Positions 56,022 through 64,000 of a DNA stretch of 64,000 nt are shown one piece after another. The position numbers and the translations under genes were made by a program. How positions within the stretch are numbered: position 1 is the stretch's first letter; every line of letters starts with the position of its first letter. This DNA comes from Ignavibacteriota bacterium. Its GTDB lineage: Bacteria; Bacteroidota; Ignavibacteria; UBA10030; CAVZMI01. The DNA is taken from positions 9,836-73,835 of the forward strand of contig CAVZMI010000012.1 in the NCBI GenBank assembly GCA_963776275.1, in the 5' to 3' direction. The notes beneath the pieces are model-generated. The model worked only from the letters and a program-made list of their open reading frames with translations, had not been told where the DNA came from and did no database searches.

Positions 56022-56768
56022 ATGAACAGCCTTAAAAAAATAAGTATTATAGTTTGTATGTTTGTGGTTGCCGCAGTAGTGTTTAATGGATGTAAAAATG
56101 GCGGTGATGACACCAACGGTAAAACTACCGCAGCATTTAACCCAGGCAAAACCTACGTAACCATGACCGACCAGGACGGAAATGAGTATGAAACCATCAC
56201 CATTGGTACGCAAACATGGATGGCGGAAAACTTGCGTACCACGCACTACCGCAATGGCGAAGACATACCCGAAGTAACCGACAATACGGCATGGACAAGA
56301 TTAAGCACGGGGGCATATTGTAATTATAATAACACCCGAAACAGCGATACTATTGCAACGTATGGCAGATTGTATAATTGGTATGCGGTTTCTGACAGTA
56401 GAAATATATGTCCCAAAGGGTGGCACGTACCTACCAATGAAGATTGGATAACATTAACAACTTATCTTGGTGGAGATAGTGTAGCAGGCGGAAAAATGAA
56501 AGAAACCAGAACAGCACATTGGAAAAACCCAAATACAGGTGCAAGCAATGAAAGTGGTTTCACAGCCCTTCCGGGTGGCGGCCGTAACGAAAATGGAGTG
56601 TTGAGCGGCATTGGAAGCGACGGTTACTGGTGGAGCTCTATCGGGCTTAGTACGATCTTTGTGGACTATGTCTGGTACTGGTCCATACACTACAATGACA
56701 GCTATGTGAGCAGCAGAAACATCGACAGTGGGAAAAAAGGGTATTCTGTTCGCTGCGTAAAGAATTAG
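56022..56768 (+). CDS. FISUMP (Fibrobacter succinogenes major paralogous) domain lipoprotein
   Basis: VFNGC lipobox, IGTQTWMAENL, YGRLYNW, CPKGWHVP, GFTALPGG, SVRCVK. Confidence 0.92.
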   Translation: MNSLKKISIIVCMFVVAAVVFNGCKNGGDDTNGKTTAAFNPGKTYVTMTDQDGNEYETITIGTQTWMAENLRTTHYRNGEDIPEVTDNTAWTRLSTGAYCNYNNTRNSDTIATYGRLYNWYAVSDSRNICPKGWHVPTNEDWITLTTYLGGDSVAGGKMKETRTAHWKNPNTGASNESGFTALPGGGRNENGVLSGIGSDGYWWSSIGLSTIFVDYVWYWSIHYNDSYVSSRNIDSGKKGYSVRCVKN

Positions 56769-56903
56769 GTTATTTGATTATTGACGACTTTGGAAAATGA
56801 TAATAACAATAAAATGGAAACAGTTGCTAACAAGCAGTATATGCAATTGCAAAAATTTTTTAATATATTATGACGTTATTATTTTAATTTAAAGGAGGAA
56901 TGC

Positions 56904-57179
56904 ATGATTATTTTTAAACATGTGGAATATAAGATTAAAGATAAAAATGAATTAGATAACATAATAAATCATCTTAAAAATACTACTTCTAAAATAGGTG
57001 GAATAGATTTCAAAAATATTTATTTTGTGAAAGGCAAAAGTGAATTTATTATTATATTAGATTGTAGTAATGAAGAAAAGTATTTAGAATGGAGAAACAT
57101 TTGTCCTCCTCCACCAGGTGCAAATGATTGGTATGATATTTTATTAACTAAAGAGGAATATTTGTTAGAAACGATTTGA
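56904..57179 (+). CDS. Hypothetical protein (very AT-rich)
   Basis: 91-aa ORF with strong RBS AAAGGAGG. Confidence 0.65.
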   Translation: MIIFKHVEYKIKDKNELDNIINHLKNTTSKIGGIDFKNIYFVKGKSEFIIILDCSNEEKYLEWRNICPPPPGANDWYDILLTKEEYLLETI

Positions 57180-57370
57180 TTTTTAGGAGCATATAAAAGA
57201 TGGATATAATTAATATCTGCCCAAAATGTGGAAATCAGGTTATAGAATTCGGGGAAATTACTTTAGGAAATATGATTAATGAAAATATAAAAAAATAACT
57301 TCGTCAACTTGCAAAACATTAGCCGAAAAGCAGCCTAAAGCACTCTTCTTACTCACCCGGAGGATTAGAA

Positions 57371-58219
57371 ATGATCAATGCAACACAGAGGAAAAAGGCA
57401 GAAATTTTACTCTCATTACATACAAACGGCAGGCTGTTGATTCTGCCTAACATTTGGGACCCGATCGGAGCCAGGATTCTCGAGACTAAAGGATACCCGG
57501 CTGTCGCGACGGCAAGCTCGGCTATCTCAGCCTCTATGGGCTATGAAGACGGAGAAAAGATCAAGCTTTCGACACTCATCTATATTATTTCACGCATTGC
57601 AAGCAGTGTCGATATTCCAGTCACGGCTGACATTGAGTCCGGTTATGCGAAAACCATTTCACAGTTGGAGGAAACCATACTACAAGTGATCGACTCAGGT
57701 GTTGTCGGTGTAAACATAGAGGACAGTCTTGAAGAAAGTGGTGCTCTACGATCAATTGAAGAACAATCTGGACGAATAGCGAAAATCAGAGAAGTCTGCG
57801 CCCATCAAGGCCTGCATTTGGTGATCAATGCAAGAGTTGATAGTTTTATATCAGACTTTTTTCCTACGCGGGAGTCCAAAATAGAAGAGGCTGTAGTGAG
57901 GGCAAAGTCATATTCTGAAGTTGGAGCGGACTGTATTTACCCCATGGGCCCGGGGGATATTGATACACTGAAAGAGCTGCGAGATCGTATCTATTCTCCT
58001 ATAAACGTCCTTGCTACACCCAATGCTGCGCCGCTTCCAGTCCTGCAGGAAATTGGCATCAATCGAGTCAGCTTTGGCCCATTTATCTTCAGGTCATGCT
58101 TGAAGAAGTTTGAAAACATTATTGATGCTTTACACGATTTAAAAAGCTATGAGTGCTTTGGTGAAAATATGATGTCCAGAACTGATGCGAATAGCTATCT
58201 AATTCATAAGCACGAATAG
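57371..58219 (+). CDS. Isocitrate lyase/PEP mutase family protein (cassette)
   Basis: LPNIWD, ATASSA, VTADIESGY, GVNIED, INARVD, GADCIY. Confidence 0.9.
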   Translation: MINATQRKKAEILLSLHTNGRLLILPNIWDPIGARILETKGYPAVATASSAISASMGYEDGEKIKLSTLIYIISRIASSVDIPVTADIESGYAKTISQLEETILQVIDSGVVGVNIEDSLEESGALRSIEEQSGRIAKIREVCAHQGLHLVINARVDSFISDFFPTRESKIEEAVVRAKSYSEVGADCIYPMGPGDIDTLKELRDRIYSPINVLATPNAAPLPVLQEIGINRVSFGPFIFRSCLKKFENIIDALHDLKSYECFGENMMSRTDANSYLIHKHE

Positions 58220-58299
58220 CCTCGGGACAATCGGGATAATACAATGGCGCTTCCGCTCAAAGATAAAGCATGGCGGAAAGGCGTACGCCACATTTTAAA

Positions 58300-59670
58300 A
58301 AAGGAGCAGTCTAAAAAGATCGGGAGCAAAGCTCCCGCTTTTTAAATTTGTTCGGGAGTCCACGTTGTTCGTGGCTCCCTCACAGCAACTTGCTCCGAGG
58401 AAGTTCCGCCTGCGCTCCGCTCCGGCGGACAGGTGCACTCCTGAGGCATGTGAAAAAGCAACAATATACAAAGATGGGGAGCACAGCTCCCCCTTCTTAC
58501 AGATGTTCGGGAGTACTCGCCTCGCCCCGCCTGAAAAAATTCTTTAACACTCGGCGGAGCGGACAACTCCCTCATAGCAGCTTGCTCCGAGGGAGTCAGC
58601 CGCGTGCTCCGAAGGAGTTCCGCCAACGAACAGCGGACAGGTGCACTCCTGAGGCATGCGAGAACGGTGGAGTTCCACCAAAAAGAATGGCGGACAGGTG
58701 TACTCCACATCTCTATAGAAAGTGAAAGACTATGAGTCAATGGAAAATTCTGGGATCGGGAGGTATATACTACATCACGACAACAATTGTGAATTGGAAT
58801 AATATTTTTACATCAGAACCGTACTTAGAAATTATAATAAAATCGTTAAAATATTGTATGCAATACAAAGAACTGCATTTACAAGGTTTTGTTATTATGC
58901 CGAATCATGTACATTTTATTCTTTCGGTCGGTGAGAAAATAAATCTCTCAGACGTGATAAGGGATTTTAAAAGACATACCTCAAAAGAGATAACGGATTT
59001 ATTAAAAAACGAAAAAAAACGGGGTATCCTGAGAGAATTCTATAAAACGGCAGACTTTGAGGGTCGTGGGAATGTCTATAAAGTCTGGCAGGAGGGTTTT
59101 CATCCAATTACAATCGAATCCGAAAACTTTTTCTATGAAAAATTGACCTACATTCATGAGAATCCTGTTAGAAAAGGATTTATCGAAAAACCGGAATATT
59201 GGAAGTATTCAAGTGCAAGGAATTACATCAATGATGACCATTCAATCATCAGGGTAGAATGCCTTTAACAAGTTAAAAAGATCGGGAGTAAAACTCCCGC
59301 ATTCTATAGTAGTTCGGGAGTACAACTCCCTCACAGCAGCCTGCTACGAGGGAGTTGGACTCCCGAGGATATCTAGAGTGGTGGAGCTTGGCTCCACATC
59401 TTTTTAGAAAACGTACAGAAGCAGTCTAAAAAGATCGGGAGTAGACCTGTTCGCCTCTGGCGAAACTTTCGCATATTCGAGTAGTTCGGGAGTCCACGTT
59501 GTTCATGGCTCCCTTACAGCAGCTTAGCAGCCTGCTCCGAGGGAGTTCCGCCTGCGCTCCGCTCCGGCGGACAGGTGGACTCCCGAGGATGATGAGGAAG
59601 GCGGAGTTTCACTCCGCATCTTTTTAGAAACAAATGGCATCGATCTAAAAAGATGGAGAGCTCCCCCTTA
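58300..59670. mobile_element. REPtron: RAYT gene flanked by REP clusters
   Basis: Repeated GTTCGGGAGT..CTCCCT..GCTCCGAGGGAG..ACTCC(C/T)GAGG palindromes on both sides of the transposase. Confidence 0.8.
58732..59268 (+). CDS. REP-associated tyrosine transposase (Y1 HUH, IS200/IS605-related)
   Basis: FVIMPNHVH, VWQEGFH, YIHENPVRKG, WKYSSA. Confidence 0.92.
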   Translation: MSQWKILGSGGIYYITTTIVNWNNIFTSEPYLEIIIKSLKYCMQYKELHLQGFVIMPNHVHFILSVGEKINLSDVIRDFKRHTSKEITDLLKNEKKRGILREFYKTADFEGRGNVYKVWQEGFHPITIESENFFYEKLTYIHENPVRKGFIEKPEYWKYSSARNYINDDHSIIRVECL

Positions 59671-59746
59671 TTAAGGATGATAGCCTCGGGACAATCGGGA
59701 TAATATAATTTCAGCCACAATTCTACACAGGAGGTAGAAATTCTTC

Positions 59747-60349
59747 ATGGTCAATGACCGAAAAAAGACAGGATGGATCTTAGGCGCGGCATCAATTATA
59801 ATGTTCAGCCCACTGGCGATGGTCTTACTGGGATACAATATCCCCGTACTTCAGAACCTCGGTTTTGCCAGAGATTCATTTGCCCCTCTAGCAATTTGGA
59901 TGCTGGCGATCATTGTAGCAGTCGGATATATAGTTTACACCTTCAGAGTGATTCCATTTGTTGCGAGCATGCAGCGCGAGATTTCTCTGTTCAAACTTTT
60001 GGGTATCGTATCTGCAATCGTCGGCGGTATTGTCGAAGAAGCTGTGTTCCGACGTTGGCTCATGGATAGTCTGATGTATGGTGGCTTCGGGCCGGTAATC
60101 CAAATTTTATCGTCTGGAGTCCTGTTCGGCATGGCTCATGCCGCCTGGTTACTCGCAAGACGCGAGTTCAAGTTTGCAATTCCAGCGATGTCCTCAACTG
60201 CAGTTCTTGGCGCTTTACTGGCAGCGATATACCTATTGGGCGGAAGGAATCTAGGACCATGTATATTTGCCCACGTTCTGATTAATATTGTGATTGAACC
60301 CTGGCTGATGCTATCTTCAGTATCCGGGAAATGGAAAACACTGCAGTAG
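59747..60349 (+). CDS. CPBP (CAAX/Abi) intramembrane protease
   Basis: EEAVFRR, FGMAH, CIFAH..IN. Confidence 0.88.
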   Translation: MVNDRKKTGWILGAASIIMFSPLAMVLLGYNIPVLQNLGFARDSFAPLAIWMLAIIVAVGYIVYTFRVIPFVASMQREISLFKLLGIVSAIVGGIVEEAVFRRWLMDSLMYGGFGPVIQILSSGVLFGMAHAAWLLARREFKFAIPAMSSTAVLGALLAAIYLLGGRNLGPCIFAHVLINIVIEPWLMLSSVSGKWKTLQ

Positions 60350-60496
60350 CGCAGTTAAACGAAGGAACAACGACGCGCTCACAAAACGATTTACGCAATG
60401 TCCGCAGGAATTTAAAAGTTACGGACAATTCTATAAACAATATTTAGCAAAAATATCGAGAAACTACACGGCATGTAATTTACCGAGGATGCTAAT

Positions 60497-61162
60497 ATGT
60501 CGATGATTCAAAGCAAAAATCTGATAATCTCATACTTAACGATGCGAAGATTAATAGGTATTCTGGGAACAGCGCTGCCTATTATAGTCGTGGTAGGAGG
60601 ATTTCTACAAAATGGACTTGGTGTACAAGGATCGATAAGTGGTTATTATTATACCAACATGCATGATGTTTTTGTTGGAATACTCTGTGGGGTTTCCCTA
60701 TTTCTAATATCATATAAGGGTTATGAAAAAATTGATGATGTTGTTGCAAACATGAGTGGAATATTTGCGCTGGGAATAATATTTTTCCCGACTTCAATGT
60801 ATTGCGGGAAAGTTGTTAAGGTAGGAATGTTTCTTATCGATGATAATATATCCGAGTATATCCATTTGACTTTTGGCGCATTATTTTTTCTTTCATTGTC
60901 ATTTAATTCGATGTACCTCTTCACAAAGCGTGAACCGGGTGGTCTTAGTAAGGAAAAAAGGCGAAGAAATATTATATACCGTTTTTGCGGTTTCATTATG
61001 ATCCTGACAATACTCTGTATGATTATGTATACACTATTCTTGAGGGACACACCAATATCGAAAATATACCCGGTATTAATACTCGAATCTATTGCATTAT
61101 TAGCGTTCGGTATTTCATGGCTGGTAAAAGGAAATACATTATTTAAAGATAAAAAGAATTAA
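60497..61162 (+). CDS. Conserved membrane protein (DUF998-like)
   Basis: RRLIGILG, SISGYYYT, E.IAL.AFGISWLVKG. Confidence 0.7.
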   Translation: MSMIQSKNLIISYLTMRRLIGILGTALPIIVVVGGFLQNGLGVQGSISGYYYTNMHDVFVGILCGVSLFLISYKGYEKIDDVVANMSGIFALGIIFFPTSMYCGKVVKVGMFLIDDNISEYIHLTFGALFFLSLSFNSMYLFTKREPGGLSKEKRRRNIIYRFCGFIMILTILCMIMYTLFLRDTPISKIYPVLILESIALLAFGISWLVKGNTLFKDKKN

Positions 61163-61168
61163 TATGGT

Positions 61169-63771
61169 TTGTTAAAGAAATGGGCACTGCATTTAACGGC
61201 ACACGAGATCGAGGAACTTGCATCACGAATCGCAGATGCAAGGGACAACAATCGCGACCGGGGCGAGGCCGGGGCATTTGGCTCCGTTCGGTTGTACCGC
61301 GAGGCGAGCGGCAATTTCAGAGTCATCTTTTGGCTCGATTCACTCCGCGCAGACTTGCGTTTGGCCTGGCGGCGACTGCGCAAGAGCAAGGTGACCTCCG
61401 CTGCGGCGGTTTTGTCACTGGCTCTTGGCATCGGCGCATGCCTCGCCGCTTTCCAATCTCGTCGACGCACTCCTGCTGCGACCGTTACCGATAGCTGCTC
61501 CGGATCGCCTCTACGCTCTCTCTCGCCAAGAATTTCCGATGAACGGCCAGTCCACTACGCACGACACTTGGGAATACCCGCTATTCCGGGAGATGCGCGC
61601 GGCCGTAGCGAGTCAGGCCACCCTGATCGCCATCTCTAATGCCGAACGTGTCGAAATCTCCTTGCGCTCCGATAGGGGAATGGAAAGAGCGCACGTGCAA
61701 TACGTTTCGGGAGACATGTTCGACACCTTCGGACTCCATGCCGCCTCAGGTCGCCTGCTCTCGCAAAACGACGACCTCCAGCTCGGCGCCCATCCGGTTG
61801 CCGTCGTGTCTCACGATTACTGGTCGCGACGTTTTGCACAAGATCCGCAAGTCATCGGGCGAATTTTCCGCATCACCAATAACCTTACCGGCACTCGGAT
61901 CTACCAGATCGTGGGTGTGGCGGGAGTGGGCTTCACCGGCACCGAGCCGGGCAAGATGGTCGACATCTTCCTCCCCGCAATGATGCATTGGGGGATGTCT
62001 TTTCCGGAGTGGTCGTTGTTCAGAACTTTTGTGCACTTGCAACCGGGTATATCGGCCTCGCCGGTGCGCGACCACCTCAGCGCGATCGTTCGTGCATTCA
62101 ACGATTCGAAGGCAAATCGCGTGAAACAGGTGCTGGAAATAGACTCCGCGCCCGCGGGAGTCTCCGCGATGCAGAAGAATTATCGTACTTCGCTCGCCGC
62201 CCTCGGCGTACTCGTCGTGCTGGTGCTGCTGATTGCCTGTGCGAACGTAGCGAACCTGATGACCGCGCAAGCAGCGGCCAGAACCCGTGAAATGGCGCTC
62301 CGTGTCTCCATCGGCGCAGGACGATGGCGCCTCGGGCGACTGGTCCTGGTTGAGGCTGCAATCATCGGACTGTTTGCCTCCGCCGTCGGCTGGTGCTTCG
62401 CGCAATGGTCCGCGCCGCTCGTACTCGCAAGAGTCAATCCGCCCGACAACCCGGCCCGCCTCTCCCTGGCAACGGACTGGCGCGCGCTCGCATTCGCCGT
62501 CGTCCTGACTCTATTCGTGAGTTTGCTCTTCGGCGTCGCGCCGGCGCTGCGAGCCTCCGCGATCCGGCCGGTCGAGGCGCTCAAAGGTGGCGATAGCTCA
62601 CACTCGCGACGCCGCTGGATGCGGCTTCATCGCCCTGCAAACCGCGTTCTGTTTCGTCGTCCTGTTCGTCGCCGGACTGTTCGTCGCTACCTTCGACCGT
62701 TTGCATAGCCAGCCCAACGGTTTTTCATCCGAACGGATAGTCAATATCGATATCGTCAATCCACGGAATGAACCCAGTACCTTATGGGACCAGGTGGCGG
62801 ACCATTTGCGCACGATGCCCGGCATCCAAGCCGTCGCCTATGCCGACTGGCCGCTCCTTGACGGATACGGTTTCAAAACGGACGCCATCTCGATCAACAG
62901 CGGACCTCCCTCGGAAGTTCCGGCCTGGTTCATGAACGTCTCTCCGGGCTGGCTCGACACCATGAAGATCCCCTTCATTACCGGCAGGGACTTCCGCCCC
63001 ACCGACCTGTCGCCCGGCGTCGCCATCGTCAACGAGGCGTTCGCCCGGCAATTCTTCGAACATGAGAATCTCCTGGGTAAGTGGTTCGAGGGAACCTCGG
63101 GATGGATGCGCGGCCAAAAGTTTCAAATCGTTGGTCTGGTACACGACGCCCGTTACCGCTATCTGCGTCAGACCGTTCTGCCCGTAGCCTACACGCCCTT
63201 TCGAAGGACAGACGCAAAAGGCACTATGCAAGGCGGAACGCTCGTCGTCCGCACCTCCACCTCAAACCCGCTCGCCCTCGCCTCCACTCTGCGCAACGAA
63301 ATTACCCGTACCCGCCCTGAATTCCGTGTCACCAATATGCGTACGCAGCAGGAACTGATCGACTCGCAAACCGTCCGCGAGCGCCTGCTGGCCATGCTCG
63401 CGCGCTTCTTCGGAGTTGTCGCGCTCCTGCTCGCAGGCGTCGGCCTCTACGGCGTCCTCGACTACTCCGTATTGCAGCGCCGGCGCGAGATCGGCATTCG
63501 CATGGCCTTGGGAGCTCAACCGCGAGACCTGGCTGTCCAGGTGACCGCGCGCGTCTTCTCGATGGTTCTCCTGGGAGCGCTCACGGGACTCGCGCTCGGT
63601 CTGGCATCCGTGCGGTACATCGAACCGCTCTTGTACCAGGTGCGGTCCACCGAATTACCAGTGCTCGTCATTCCCTCCCTTGCCATCCTCGGAGCAGCGG
63701 TCCTGGCGGCGTTACCGGCCGTGATTCACGCCGTAGAGATCGACCCTGCTACGCTGCTGCGGGCCGAATAG
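61169..63771 (+). CDS. ADOP-type duplicated ABC/MacB-like permease (frameshifted)
   Basis: LSLALGIGA, LLIACANVANL, REMALRVSIGAGR, GLYGVLDYSV.QRRREIGIRMALGA. Confidence 0.88.
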
Positions 63772-64000
63772 TGCCGGCCTGCACATCATGACCTGCATCG
63801 TCGGCCACACGGAAGTAAGCCACTTGGCTGGTTTGTCGCCTACCCGTACAAGTGTCGAACCGTTCAAACCCCGAGATACGGCCTTGTGGCAAGGCATCCG
63901 TATCCGTCCGGTGAACCCATCTTCCGCGTTTTGAGATCACGGCTCATACTGTTCTTGAGTTGCCAGCAATACGCAACGGTGCCGAAGTGTACGCGACATA

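Noticed and set aside
58342-58740. ORFs over the REP cluster
   Set aside because: Spurious translations of GC-rich palindromic repeats.

Overview
Bacterial chromosomal window. The T9SS-type 'YPNPFNP' C-terminal domains and the gene order suggest the Ignavibacteria/Bacteroidota-Chlorobi group (inference). Many single-base frameshifts in essential genes look like long-read indel errors. 1-35 kb is core genome: end of a type IV pilus pilNO(P)Q-like operon with a large Ig-like-repeat lipoprotein, a heme cluster (ccsA-hemACDE-RR-hemNHG-fum-gltA-hemBL), M20 dipeptidase, PduO-type adenosyltransferase, an Oar-like TonB receptor, nuoA-F and an ECF sigma/anti-sigma pair. About 37.7-61 kb is an integron-like gene-cassette array with no integrase in the window. 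Cassette starts are reverse-complementary to their own ends and are joined by attC-like hairpins. The array is punctuated by five copies of a ~150-250 bp unit: a TTGCTT-N17-TA(T/A)ACT promoter, a structured leader and, in most copies, a GTT-type insertion point. Copies 2 and 3 carry a duplicate of the 3' end of the upstream oxidoreductase gene, and each copy heads different cassettes. Cargo includes very large T9SS-secreted proteins, two TA pairs, a GT14 glycosyltransferase, a REPtron and gene scraps. The window ends in a high-GC ADOP-type permease.
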